From Pseudomonadota bacterium (GTDB taxonomy: Bacteria > Pseudomonadota > Alphaproteobacteria > MED-G09), in assembly GCA_036230365.1 (NCBI GenBank), contig JAZAJI010000038.1:1-46581 (forward strand): DNA of 46,581 nucleotides, in the 5' to 3' direction. Position numbers and translations under genes: made by a program. Positions within the stretch are counted from its first letter, which is position 1, and each line of letters begins with the position of its first letter. The notes beneath the pieces were generated by a model, which did not search any database, was not told the DNA's origin, and saw only the letters and a program-made list of their open reading frames with translations. Positions 46,087 to 46,581 of this stretch are shown here, one piece after another.

Positions 46087-46581
46087 ATTTATTGATAAAT
46101 TGACTCACATCCTTATAAATTAAACAAGCCATAAGTATTAGTCCAATATAACCTATTGAAGGATATATTAAATTAATAAGCTGGCCAAAAGGTAGTAAGT
46201 TTCCTCCAAACCAACAAATTAATGTAAGGATTACTGCTAAAAGTCTGAAACGCAAGCTATGCTCTACAGCAAAGCGACGGCAAATTGTCCACATTAAAGG
46301 TGTGACAGTGGTGTAAATACCAAGAAAAATAACAACAGCAAAGATTGAACCATAAACCGGGAAAACTTTTGTTGCTAATACAAGTATTGGAACTTCAGCA
46401 TTATATACCGATTGAATATTGCCTAAAAGCGCAAGAAATACGATGGTCATTGCCCCAATAAAGAGTAATGGCCCAAAAAGTGATACCCCTTTTACTTCAA
46501 AATTACTTCTAATAGTTGTTCCTACAAGAGGTAAAAAACCATATAAACCTGGGAGGGAAAAAACTGCGTACAAAATAGCAG
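46079..46581 (-). CDS. Polytopic membrane protein, C-terminal part (possibly YkvI/transporter-like); the N-terminus lies beyond the right window edge
   Basis: The frame stays open upstream of the TTG at 46573 to the window end. About 5 hydrophobic segments. The stop overlaps the aminotransferase gene by 8 nt. Confidence 0.45.
   Translation of the reverse strand, partial: AILYAVFSLPGLYGFLPLVGTTIRSNFEVKGVSLFGPLLFIGAMTIVFLALLGNIQSVYNAEVPILVLATKVFPVYGSIFAVVIFLGIYTTVTPLMWTICRRFAVEHSLRFRLLAVILTLICWFGGNLLPFGQLINLIYPSIGYIGLILMACLIYKDVSQFINKSS

Overview
AT-rich (about one third G+C by eye), very gene-dense chromosomal segment with about 47 CDS. Most gaps are under 100 bp, and many start/stop codons overlap or abut. 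I found no rRNA, tRNA, CRISPR array, transposase, integrase or recognisable transcription factor. The style (streamlining, TonB-dependent receptors, oxidative enzymes) suggests a pelagic marine Gammaproteobacterium such as SAR86, but this is only a guess. All family calls rest on motifs I recognise in the translations; no searches were run. From left to right the window holds: (1) a truncated DNA cytosine-5 methyltransferase missing from the ORF track, then a bicupin, a ferritin-like protein, a GST and methylmalonyl-CoA epimerase; (2) a beta-propeller phytase next to a TonB-dependent receptor; (3) a roughly 30 kb block of oxidative and hydrolytic enzymes in short, tightly coupled operons. This block has four paralogous Rieske oxygenase alpha subunits, five NTF2/SnoaL-fold proteins, an EthD protein, cupins, four SDRs, a PhyH-type 2OG oxygenase, an ICMT-like methyltransferase, a microsomal-type epoxide hydrolase, a DhlA-type haloalkane dehalogenase, GST-like proteins, two MBL-fold hydrolases, DUF1330/DUF2855/DUF3147-like proteins, a VOC protein, an alkylglycerol-monooxygenase-like enzyme and an aldo-keto reductase; (4) a second TonB-dependent receptor and katG; (5) a lipoprotein PQQ-type dehydrogenase fused to cytochrome c, translationally coupled to a Tat-signal HisC-like aminotransferase. 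The best candidates for undescribed systems are the Rieske plus SnoaL_4 loci (no redox partners in the window), the six-gene overlapping operon at 23516-28082, and the periplasmic dehydrogenase/aminotransferase pair. Several repeated palindromic operator-like motifs lie in the few intergenic gaps.
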